Below are positions 14,906-23,122 of a stretch of DNA of 23,122 nt, in pieces. The position numbers were made by a program, and so were the translations under genes. Position 1 is the first letter of the stretch. Each line of letters opens with the position of its first letter. The notes below the pieces were generated by a model. It did not search any database and was not told the origin of the DNA. It saw nothing but the letters and a program-made list of their open reading frames with translations. Origin of the DNA: Promethearchaeota archaeon (GTDB taxonomy: Archaea; Asgardarchaeota; Lokiarchaeia; Sigyniarchaeales; SOKP01); NCBI GenBank assembly GCA_016930515.1, contig JAFGGO010000151.1, positions 1 through 23,122 of the forward strand. The letters run 5' to 3'.

Positions 14906-17172
14906 CGATAAAAATCTGGTTTTGATTCCCGAATGTTTCGCGAGCTCATGAGTTCCTTGGATATGTTATCGTAATTTTCGACTATATCGGATGGCAAGGT
15001 CGAATTAATTTTCTCTAAGGCTTTTTCAAAATGGCGCCCCTCAATCTGCTCCAAATCTGTCATCTTTTCCCGAATTGCTTCCATGCCCGCCTCTCGACAC
15101 ACGTTCTCCAAATCTGCTCCGCTATAACCCTCAGTGCGCTGGGCGATTGAAAGTAATGAGACATCCGCAGCCAAAGGCATGTTTTTGGTGTGCACTTCTA
15201 ATACTTTCTTTCTTGCTTCTAAATCGGGAGCAGTAACGTATAAAAGCCTGTCAAATCTTCCGGGTCTTAAAAACGCGGGATCCACGATATCGGGCCGATT
15301 GGTACTGGCAACAACTACGACTCCTTTTCTATTTTCGATTCCGTCGATTTCAACGAGCATTTGATTTACAATAGAGGCGTAAGTGTGCGTTCCCTCGTAA
15401 GATCCCCGACCTGCCGTAATAGCGTCTATCTCGTCGAAATATATTATAGTAGGTGCAGCTTGGCGGCCCTTTCGAAATATTTCTCTGACCGCTTTTTCGC
15501 TTTCTCCGACCCACTTCGAAAATATTTCTGGTCCTTTAATCGAGATGAAATTTGACTTGCTTTCTGTTGCAACCGCTTTTGCCAAGAGTGTTTTACCGCA
15601 TCCCGGTGGGCCAAACAGTAGGATGCCGTTTAAAGGGCGAATTCCTGCTTTTTTAAAAAGTTTGGGATATTTCAAAGGCCATTCAACCGCCTCTCTTAAT
15701 TCGTCCTTTATTTGGTCTAAACCACCAACGTCTTCCCATTTCACGTTAGGAATTTCAATCATGACTTCCCGCATTGCCGATGGTTCAACCATGTTGATGG
15801 CTTGCATGAAATCTTTATCGTATATAATGAGCTCTTGTATGATATCGCTCGGTATGGGCTCGTCTAGGTTGATTTTAGGCAGTATTCGTCTTAAAGATAT
15901 CATCGCCGCCTCGCGACACACGGCCATGATATCGGCTCCAACAAAGCCGTAAGTAATTTCTGCGTAATTTTTGAGGTTTATATCGACATGAAGTGGCATT
16001 CCCCTTGTGTGAATCTGAAAGATTTCTTTTCTTCCTTTCATGTTTGGAACGCCAAACTCTATCTCGCGATCGAAACGCCCTGGTCTTCTCAAAGCCTCGT
16101 CTATGGAATTAATCCTGTTGGTTGCACCAATGCATATGATCTCGCCCCGTCCCCTTAAACCGTCCATCAAGGACAAAAGTTGGGAAACAACTCGTCGTTC
16201 CACTTCTCCTGAAGTGTCTACTCTTTTTGGAGCAATAGAATCGATCTCGTCTATGAAAATGATGGAAGGTGCGTTTTGTTCGGCTTCTCGGAATATGTCC
16301 CGTAACCTTCCTTCGCTCGCACCGTAAAACTTACTCATAATCTCGGGACCGTTTATCGTGATAAAATGAGCATTTGATTCCTGAGAAACGGCTTTTGCCA
16401 TTAACGTTTTTCCAGAACCGGAAGGACCGTAGAATAACACGCCCTTGGGAGGATCGATGTTTAATCGGTGAAATAATTCCGGGTGTTTCAAGGGCAATTC
16501 TACCATTTCCCGTATTCTTTGTATTTCATCTGTCAACCCCCCCACATCGTCGTAAGTTACCACGCCTCCCGAAACATTTAGGAGGGCAACTCTTTTATTA
16601 ACCTTGATCTTGGTGTTTCGCGTGATTTTTACGACCTTTCCAGTAGGATGACAGTTTTCAACGATCAACCTGAGCGTGCCCAAGGTAGGCCTTTTTTTTC
16701 CTCCAGACATGAATCGGTTCATCATGACTTCCATTGGATTGTCTGAATCGTCTTTCTGGACGAAAGTGCCTAAAACGTCAACCACGTCTCCGATAACGAC
16801 GGGTTTATCTATCAACTTCCCTTTAATGGCGTCGGCTTGTCGTTTTAAATCCACATCTGGTCGAGTTGGGGTTAACACGATTTCGTTCGCAGGGAATACT
16901 TCTGCCTTTTTTATCGACACGTACTCGCCGATTGTTGCTCCAGCGTTCAGCCTTTGGAGCCCATCGAGCCGAATGATTCGTTTTGCCCTATCTGGTTGAC
17001 TTGCAACCACGATTGCCGTGGTTTTCTTCTTCCCTTTTATTTCAATTATATCTCCCGTTGCTAGCCCTATTTCTTCTAACACTTCCTGATCGACATAACA
17101 TAAAGAGCGTCCACTGCGATTCTTGTCGAGTTGTTCGATCCGTAATTGGATTTCAGATTGGTCGTTTGTCAT
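14902..17172 (-). CDS. cdc48: Cdc48/VAT/p97 AAA+ ATPase
   Basis: N domain, D1 (GPSGSGKT, IIFIDEID, ALRRPGRFDREI), D2 (GPPGCGKT, IIYFDEID, AFLRPGRFD), C-terminal FYR (HbYX-type). Its stop overlaps the convergent aminotransferase stop by 4 bp. Confidence 0.96.
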   Translation of the reverse strand: MTNDQSEIQLRIEQLDKNRSGRSLCYVDQEVLEEIGLATGDIIEIKGKKKTTAIVVASQPDRAKRIIRLDGLQRLNAGATIGEYVSIKKAEVFPANEIVLTPTRPDVDLKRQADAIKGKLIDKPVVIGDVVDVLGTFVQKDDSDNPMEVMMNRFMSGGKKRPTLGTLRLIVENCHPTGKVVKITRNTKIKVNKRVALLNVSGGVVTYDDVGGLTDEIQRIREMVELPLKHPELFHRLNIDPPKGVLFYGPSGSGKTLMAKAVSQESNAHFITINGPEIMSKFYGASEGRLRDIFREAEQNAPSIIFIDEIDSIAPKRVDTSGEVERRVVSQLLSLMDGLRGRGEIICIGATNRINSIDEALRRPGRFDREIEFGVPNMKGRKEIFQIHTRGMPLHVDINLKNYAEITYGFVGADIMAVCREAAMISLRRILPKINLDEPIPSDIIQELIIYDKDFMQAINMVEPSAMREVMIEIPNVKWEDVGGLDQIKDELREAVEWPLKYPKLFKKAGIRPLNGILLFGPPGCGKTLLAKAVATESKSNFISIKGPEIFSKWVGESEKAVREIFRKGRQAAPTIIYFDEIDAITAGRGSYEGTHTYASIVNQMLVEIDGIENRKGVVVVASTNRPDIVDPAFLRPGRFDRLLYVTAPDLEARKKVLEVHTKNMPLAADVSLLSIAQRTEGYSGADLENVCREAGMEAIREKMTDLEQIEGRHFEKALEKINSTLPSDIVENYDNISKELMSSRNIRESKPDFYR

Positions 17173-17270
17173 TATTAATTTTTTATTGAAACAAATTATT
17201 TTCTACTTTATAACTTAAGAATAATAATAAATCCTCATTTATTTTCTTTTTTATTAAGTTTTATAAAAAA

Positions 17271-18089
17271 TTAGCGAGTATTTCTGATTGAACCCTTGCC
17301 ATTAAAATTATTGGATAAAAAAGCCTTAAACTTCGATTTTATTTCTTCGAGGTTAAAATTTTCGCCTGAATCAGACTTTACAAATTTTTTTCTAAGTTTT
17401 AGAATTTGCGATTTATATAGGCGTTTTTCTGGATCCTTGAGCAGTTCATTGACTATTTGTCTCGTGATCCTATCTAGAGATTCTTTTTTTATATTTGACG
17501 TACTTTCTTTCCTCGAGTAAATTCCATTTCCTCCCTGAAAATGCGTCAGCCTTGATGTTATCAAATCGATTACTTTCTGAATCCAAGGTTTCATGTCCTT
17601 GATTTTGGAGGGATCTATGGTTGCAAGAGGATCGTCCCAAGCATATTTATCAAAGGCGTCGAACTTTTCACTGATAGACGTGATTAAATCGCTTGGAATT
17701 TTATAGTCTCTTTTTTCATTCCATTCGAGACAAGTTTCCAAGGTTGTTGCAACATGTATCGTGAAAGCCGGAAGATTTAATTTGTCAACAATTGCTTTTA
17801 AATCGTGTCTCATGCTTGAATAATAATTTAGATCGTCAGATATGACTATATTTCCGTTCTTCAATAGTGAAAAAACCTTGTTTAAGCTTTCTTCTCGAAC
17901 CACTTTTTCCTTTTCAGGATCGAAATGATTACCTGTAATTTGCGTCCTGATTTTATCAATATCCACGATTTTGACTTCACGATCCAGAAAAGCGCCCTCA
18001 AATGCCAATCTTAAATTAAGCGCAATGGTGGACTTGCCAGAAGCTGGAAGTCCGCTTAAAATGACGAGGAAATTTGGAAGTTGTGTCAT
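17271..18089 (-). CDS. pstK: O-phosphoseryl-tRNA(Sec) kinase (PSTK, KTI12-related)
   Basis: LVILSGLPASGKST, D.IR, VISDDLNYYSSMR.DL, N.KR...IP..LI....EKFD...KYAWD.P, and C-terminal LDRITRQIV...LRKKF match archaeal PSTK as recalled. ATG at 18089 with GAGG upstream (the ORF track starts at TTG 18098). Confidence 0.85.
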   Translation of the reverse strand: MTQLPNFLVILSGLPASGKSTIALNLRLAFEGAFLDREVKIVDIDKIRTQITGNHFDPEKEKVVREESLNKVFSLLKNGNIVISDDLNYYSSMRHDLKAIVDKLNLPAFTIHVATTLETCLEWNEKRDYKIPSDLITSISEKFDAFDKYAWDDPLATIDPSKIKDMKPWIQKVIDLITSRLTHFQGGNGIYSRKESTSNIKKESLDRITRQIVNELLKDPEKRLYKSQILKLRKKFVKSDSGENFNLEEIKSKFKAFLSNNFNGKGSIRNTR

Positions 18090-18094
18090 CGTCC

Positions 18095-18364
18095 TCAATC
18101 AACCTGAAATTGTTTTATGAGATTAATCTTTTGTTCTCGAGTGAACGATTTTATTTCCCTTTCCCTGTGCATTGCTGCTTTCCTCACTAAAAAACTTTCG
18201 ATGTATTTCAAGCTTAAAGATTTCTTACCCTTGCAATATTTTGCTCCTATTCCTTGACCATGTTCGTGAATTCTCCTCCGAAGATCTGAAGTATAGCCCG
18301 TGTAAAAAGATTTCGTTCCCTTGTGGTCAGTTACTTCAAGGATGTACACGTAATAGACGCACAT
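18095..18364 (-). CDS. Small GIY-YIG nuclease family protein (UPF0213/YhbQ-like)
   Basis: YYVYIL...FYTGYTSDLRRRIHEH..G.GAKY...A..RE..IK...R..K..LI. Confidence 0.9.
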   Translation of the reverse strand: MCVYYVYILEVTDHKGTKSFYTGYTSDLRRRIHEHGQGIGAKYCKGKKSLSLKYIESFLVRKAAMHREREIKSFTREQKINLIKQFQVD

Positions 18365-18611
18365 TATATGTTTGTGTGTGGCGTTTTAACTAAATAAAAT
18401 ACTGTATTTATATATATATATTTTAGGGTAATCCATAGTTTAGTTTAGTTTTCAACGGTGAGATCACCAAAACCTATAGGGTTTGATTTGTGATTTTTTT
18501 TATAGGAAAAATGTGTAATCATTAATACGGATCTTTATATACATTTAGTCATTAAACTTAATCTTTAAATATTGAAAAATTCTGTTCAAATATGAAGGGA
18601 ACATGATTGCT

Positions 18612-19232
18612 TTATATCGAGAGAGAATAGGTTTTATCTCCTTTAGAAAAGGAAACGAGCCGATTCTTTATAAGATCTTCCAGAACCGTTTGAGTCCACT
18701 TTGTGCTCGTTTTTGCAATGCGTTTTATTTCACCAAGTTTTAAGGAAGAATTCACGAGTAAAGCCATTAATATCCTGCCTTTAACGCTAAGCACCTCCGT
18801 TTTCAAAATATCTTCGATCTTTCCTTCTAATTCAAACAGTTTCATTTTCGTGGTTGACCACTCATTGCTAATCTTGGAAATTACTTCTTCGGTAGTACGA
18901 AATACTTTCATGTTCAAGGCATCTTTCATTTTCTCGAGAAGCTGAGCCTTGTTTAGAATCTTATCGTCCAAGCTCTTGTTAAACTCTTCGACGCATATCA
19001 AGTAATCGGAACTATCGTCGTAATCGCTAAGTACCAAGACTATCGTAATTTCCTTTTTTTCGTTGCAGTACGATATGGAATTCCACCCTAACGCCTTGAT
19101 GGATATGTACGATTCTATAAAATTATGTGATATCTCTATTTGTTGTACCACGTTATCAGATATGGCGAGATCTTCTGGATATTTCAACCAGACAACCCCT
19201 CCCTTAATTTGATCCCACTTGATCAAAAACAT
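18612..19232 (-). CDS. Hypothetical protein: longin/uDENN-like N-terminal domain, coiled coil, C-terminal winged HTH
   Basis: FLIKWDQIKGG.V..KYPE start, beta-rich core, heptad segment (KMKLFELEGKIEDIL), then ILMALL...LKLGEIKR...W...VLEDL.KN.LV......YSL. SD AGGTGAGG upstream. Confidence 0.55.
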   Translation of the reverse strand: MFLIKWDQIKGGVVWLKYPEDLAISDNVVQQIEISHNFIESYISIKALGWNSISYCNEKKEITIVLVLSDYDDSSDYLICVEEFNKSLDDKILNKAQLLEKMKDALNMKVFRTTEEVISKISNEWSTTKMKLFELEGKIEDILKTEVLSVKGRILMALLVNSSLKLGEIKRIAKTSTKWTQTVLEDLIKNRLVSFSKGDKTYSLSI

Positions 19233-19354
19233 TCCTAAAGGAATTTACCTCACCTAATTGTACTTGTCTTTTTAGAATAAAAAACGAACCCTTAAAAATA
19301 TTAACCTCCTTCCGATAGTTAGATTTGAAAAAACGACGAGGGTGTCGTATTATC

Positions 19355-19630
19355 GTGAATAAGCGTGTTATGATTAGAGTATACGGGCGCGTTCAAGGTG
19401 TGTTTTTTCGACAAAGTACTAGAAAAATAGCTCGAAAGTTAGGGTTAACTGGTCGAGTTAGAAACGAGATCGATGGGTCCGTTTACATCGAAGCCGAGGG
19501 TCCAGAAGAAAAACTACTCGAATTAATAGACTTTGCCAAAAAGGGACCAGAAATTGCCCGCGTTGAGAGTATAGATTATCAATTTGCTGAAAAGAAGAAC
19601 AAATTCCACGGTTTTGAATATGAATATTAA
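19355..19630 (+). CDS. acyP: Acylphosphatase
   Basis: V.GRVQGVFFR...A..LGLTG.VRN..DGSV.IEAEG...GP..ARV. Likely GTG start at 19355 after GAGGGTG (the ORF track starts at 19325). Confidence 0.95.
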   Translation: MNKRVMIRVYGRVQGVFFRQSTRKIARKLGLTGRVRNEIDGSVYIEAEGPEEKLLELIDFAKKGPEIARVESIDYQFAEKKNKFHGFEYEY

Positions 19631-19736
19631 AATTCATTAAAAATCACCAAATTTTTCTTTTAATTGTCTCATGTAATACGGGCGTAATACCTACATATTA
19701 CTTCCGTTCAAAAGTTTTCAAAACGATAAGTTACTT

Positions 19737-20090
19737 ATGAATTTCTCATTAAAACGTAATAAATACCTTCAAGACTTTCAATTACTCAATCACGATAAAG
19801 TTAAATATCAGGTTCCCTTAATCTTGAGGCTTTACGGTGCCTTGAACTTAGTGAACCTCAAAAGCGAAAATAGGTATATTTTATGCAATTTTTTAGACCA
19901 AAATAGCGAAAAATTCAATTTACGTGAAGATATTTATATCTCAAACAATGAAAAAAGTTTGAATCAGCTCTTTCTTTTGGCACTTACCAAGGCAAAGGAA
20001 CACGATTTACTCCAAGCTTTATATGACGAATATTTAACGTCATTAAAAGCAATTAGTCAGAAGAAAGAATTCAAGGAAATCTTATTTTAA
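19737..20090 (+). CDS. Hypothetical alpha-helical protein
   Basis: 117-aa ATG-initiated ORF that fills the gap and converges on tbp. No motif recognised. Confidence 0.6.
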   Translation: MNFSLKRNKYLQDFQLLNHDKVKYQVPLILRLYGALNLVNLKSENRYILCNFLDQNSEKFNLREDIYISNNEKSLNQLFLLALTKAKEHDLLQALYDEYLTSLKAISQKKEFKEILF

Positions 20091-20096
20091 TTGCCT

Positions 20097-20720
20097 TCAA
20101 ATAAAGTCGATGTCGTCGTAGTCCGAATCCTCGCTTTGATCCCTTGAGATGTCTGCTTTTCGCACGTCTTCGTTTAATTTGATGAACGCTTTTTTTAATG
20201 CGTCCTTATGCTTGGCACCGGTACAAACCACTCTTCCTGTAGAAAAAATGAGGAATACCGTCTTTGGCTCTTTCATTCGGTAAATTAAACCCGGAAACAC
20301 TTCAGGTTCGTACATGGAAGATTCCATCACGATCGAAGCAAGATTTAAATCCACATTCGCGTGTAAATCACCAGACGCTACGATGTTTTGAATGGTGATT
20401 GCGTATTTAGATATGTCTATATCCGCTTTTTTCATATTTTTTATTACTTGTAAAACGACTTCTTCTGCCTCGGAAGCGTTTCTAAGACCGGTTATTACCA
20501 TTTTTCCCGTTGAAAATATTAAAATAGTTGCTCGAGGTTGCTCGATTCTCATTACTAATCCTGGAAATTTTTCTGGATTGTACTCAACTTCGGCTTGCTT
20601 TCGTGCGATTTGAGTGAGATCTATTTTTTCGTCAATTTCCACAGTAACAGTGGCCACCACGTTCTCGATCTTATAATCAATTTCCTGCTCAAGATCAAGC
20701 ATTTCTTTATCGAGGGTCAT
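20097..20720 (-). CDS. tbp: TATA-box-binding protein
   Basis: Two repeats: IENVVAT...YNPEKFPGLVMRI..PRATILIFSTGKMVITG and IQNIVAS...YEPEVFPGLIYRM..PK.VFLIFSTGRVVCTG. Acidic archaeal-type C-terminal tail. Confidence 0.98.
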   Translation of the reverse strand: MTLDKEMLDLEQEIDYKIENVVATVTVEIDEKIDLTQIARKQAEVEYNPEKFPGLVMRIEQPRATILIFSTGKMVITGLRNASEAEEVVLQVIKNMKKADIDISKYAITIQNIVASGDLHANVDLNLASIVMESSMYEPEVFPGLIYRMKEPKTVFLIFSTGRVVCTGAKHKDALKKAFIKLNEDVRKADISRDQSEDSDYDDIDFI

Positions 20721-20940
20721 GATATCAACAAAACACCTGTATGCTTATTGCTAGTATAATCGTATAATTCGTTTGAAATTTATATTTAATTATAAATAAA
20801 GCGTCATTTATAAAGGCACTTATAAATCGCAAATTAATGATTAGTATCCAGTACTAATCAGAAAATGATATATAATCAAACAAACAAGGAAATAATGGAA
20901 TTTATACGGGGATTTATAAAATTCAAAAATGAGTTGAAAA

Positions 20941-21471
20941 CTATAGTTCACTTGATACGTGTTCGAGAATGCTTTTAATGAGTTCTAAGAAAGCCTTCTC
21001 TACATTTTCGCCTGATTTGGCAGATGTTAGCATGTAATCCATGTTGTTCTTTTGGGCGAATTCCGCCGTTTCTGATTCTCCAATCTTGACACTATTCGTA
21101 AGATCTGTCTTATTGCCAACCAATAGGAGAGGTTGTTCCCCCCTCGCTTCTTTAAACGAAGCTAACCATTCGGGAACCTTATCAAAGGTTTCATTTTTAG
21201 TCACGTCGAACACGATTAACGCTCCATTTGCGCCTTCCAAGTATAATTGTCGGAGGCTTTTAAACGATTCTTGTCCACCCAAGTCCCAAATTTGGATGGT
21301 AACGATGCCGTATCCCTCGATTTCAGCCTCTTTTTTTAAAAGATTGACCCCTAGAGTTGCTTTATAGTTATCCCTGAATTTGTTTTCGATGTACCTGTAC
21401 AGGAGCGAAGTTTTACCGACATTGGCCTCGCCAAGCAAGCAGACCTTGATTATGTATCTTCTTTCTTCCAT
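20941..21471 (-). CDS. Rab-like small GTPase
   Basis: GEANVGKT, ATLG, WDLGGQ, YLEGA, NKTD, LTSAK. Confidence 0.95.
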   Translation of the reverse strand: MEERRYIIKVCLLGEANVGKTSLLYRYIENKFRDNYKATLGVNLLKKEAEIEGYGIVTIQIWDLGGQESFKSLRQLYLEGANGALIVFDVTKNETFDKVPEWLASFKEARGEQPLLLVGNKTDLTNSVKIGESETAEFAQKNNMDYMLTSAKSGENVEKAFLELIKSILEHVSSEL

Positions 21472-21571
21472 GATTGATCAAATCGTTCTTTTTTTTTGAT
21501 ATCTATAATATAAGTTTTCTTATTAATAATTTTTGTATTCAAGACGATGATTATCAATTTATTTTAAAAAG

Positions 21572-22072
21572 TTATTCGTTTTGAAATACTATCATGAACT
21601 CGCAGAACTCTTCTCCTGATTGCAAGCTACAATTGATCTCTTGAGCAAAGCAATGAACATTATCAATAGAACCGCATCCTGCTAATAATTTTTCCACGAG
21701 CCCTGCTAATAATCCTGCTTCAAATGAACAAAAATTTCCCTTTGATTTAATGTCCTTATCGACGAGATCCTTGCTAGAAGAATGTCCTTTAAGCCGTAAT
21801 TGAACGATTTCTTCGGAACTATCTGTTATAGTCACTTCTCCGATGTGATACTCCGAAATGGCTGCCTTTAGCCCTTCTGGAATTTGACCTACATTAGAAA
21901 CCGGTTCTACTTTTAAAAAAGTTCCCAATTCGTGCCCCAAGTAGTAAAAAATTGCCTCCAACTGGTGTCCAAGCGCTAAAAGCGCCCCTACTTTCATGTC
22001 TCCTATTTCTTTACCTTCTAAAAGGCGATTTTTCATGATTGCCAATATCTTGGAAAGTAATTGTCTATCCAT
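21572..22072 (-). CDS. V4R-domain protein
   Basis: IFYYLGHELG helix, IGEV, FCSFEAGLLAGL, and the C-terminal E.NC...G...CEF signature of V4R. Confidence 0.88.
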   Translation of the reverse strand: MDRQLLSKILAIMKNRLLEGKEIGDMKVGALLALGHQLEAIFYYLGHELGTFLKVEPVSNVGQIPEGLKAAISEYHIGEVTITDSSEEIVQLRLKGHSSSKDLVDKDIKSKGNFCSFEAGLLAGLVEKLLAGCGSIDNVHCFAQEINCSLQSGEEFCEFMIVFQNE

Positions 22073-22101
22073 TTTTTTTCCCTTTTAATTATTATTCTAA
22101 A

Positions 22102-22398
22102 TTATAATTCGATACTTGAAATGAATCCGCTTAATATCGCATCCACTATGTCTTCCTCTTGCACATCCACGCTTATCTTCTTGTCGGCAATTACTAGGGT
22201 TGGAACAGATGTCACGGTAAACTTTTTAATCATGTTTATGTTTTCTTTTTTTTCTATGTTGATTTTTTCTATCACGAGTTTCTTGCCGAACATGTTGATG
22301 TTGATTTTCTTGAGAAGATTTTCGATTGGCACGCACGGAGCACAATGGTCGCTTGAGAAGAACAATATTTTTGGATATCCTTCAATATCTTCATACAT
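22102..22398 (-). CDS. Thioredoxin-fold protein (CAPC)
   Basis: ILFFSSDHCAPC...IEKINIE...F.V.SVPTLVI (CxxC plus cis-Pro loop). Confidence 0.88.
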   Translation of the reverse strand: MYEDIEGYPKILFFSSDHCAPCVPIENLLKKININMFGKKLVIEKINIEKKENINMIKKFTVTSVPTLVIADKKISVDVQEEDIVDAILSGFISSIEL

Positions 22399-22404
22399 GT
22401 TAAA

Positions 22405-22959
22405 TTATGTGTTATCTTTAAATCTTGCATATAATTCGTTAATGATCGCTTGAAACGCTTCGTATACGCCGTTTCCCGTCTTGGCACTCGTCTTGTAATA
22501 TCCTAAAAAATTGCGTTCTTTCACAATCTTTTTGATTTTCTTGTCGTTAGCGTTTTTATCCTTTACTAAATCGATCTTGTTTCCAAAAAGAACGATTGGA
22601 AGTTCACCGCAATATTTCTTGATGTCGTCGTGCCATTGAGCTATGCTTTCGATGCTCTCCTTTCCATGGGCGTTGTTTTCCTGAGAAAAAACAATAATGG
22701 CTGCCTTAGATCCCTTATAAAAGGTTGGTCGCATGAAATTAAATTCTTCTTGTCCAGCGATGTCCCAAAAAAACAACTTGATGTTGTTGTTGTCGATCTT
22801 TTCGTCGTACTTGCTAAATTGTGCTCCTAAAGTCTTAATGTAATCTTTTTGAAAGCTTCCTTGGGTATATTTTTTTATCAAGCTAGTTTTTCCTACTGCA
22901 CCGTTACCGATAACGGTTATTTTGAAAACAAATCCTCTTGAATCCTCCATTTCCTCCAC
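22405..22959 (-). CDS. Rab-like small GTPase
   Basis: GNGAVGKT, KTLG, WDIAGQ, FYKG, NKID, KTSAK. The start is GTG 22959 or ATG 22950. Confidence 0.95.
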   Translation of the reverse strand: MEEMEDSRGFVFKITVIGNGAVGKTSLIKKYTQGSFQKDYIKTLGAQFSKYDEKIDNNNIKLFFWDIAGQEEFNFMRPTFYKGSKAAIIVFSQENNAHGKESIESIAQWHDDIKKYCGELPIVLFGNKIDLVKDKNANDKKIKKIVKERNFLGYYKTSAKTGNGVYEAFQAIINELYARFKDNT

Positions 22960-23122
22960 TCTCTAAGCGAAATCGTTTCAATTTTACAAGATTCCCTAAA
23001 TTTGGAATCTTAATTTTATAATTTTTATTTAATTAAGTATTATATATCTTACGATATTTAATCTATACTTATTTCCGATAAATATTAATTTTTTTCAAAA
23101 AGATATAAATTTTGGCTTTTTA

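Noticed and set aside
15134-17189. Multiple plus-strand ORFs opposite cdc48
   Set aside because: Antisense shadows of a conserved gene.
18095-18364. GIY-YIG as a homing endonuclease or mobile element
   Set aside because: An 89-aa standalone UPF0213-type protein without a DNA-binding extension, intron or flanking repeats.

Overview
An AT-rich archaeal window whose gene content is most consistent with an Asgard archaeon (Lokiarchaeia-like). This is an inference from TBP, an archaeal Cdc48, PSTK, a tetraether lipid synthase homolog, five Rab-like small GTPases, a HEAT-LRR protein and a longin/uDENN-like protein. The most striking structure is a cassette that appears twice on opposite strands: a V4R (Bet3/TRAPP-related fold) protein flanked by Rab-like GTPases, each copy with a different small accessory protein. 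The cassettes are Rab-PPC-Rab-V4R-Rab at 10720-13683 (+) and Rab-thioredoxin-V4R-Rab at 22959-20941 (-). A longin/uDENN-like-wHTH protein and Cdc48 lie between them. Together these suggest a prokaryotic small-GTPase signalling system related to Rab-TRAPP. Also present: a secreted Ig-like plus clan-CD (caspase/legumain-like) protease, a MoxR AAA+ ATPase paired with a TIKI/TraB/EreA-like protein, and a ~900 bp gap between convergent genes that holds several structured elements, including a SECIS-like hairpin. All family assignments come from motif recognition and recalled family sequences, not from database searches.
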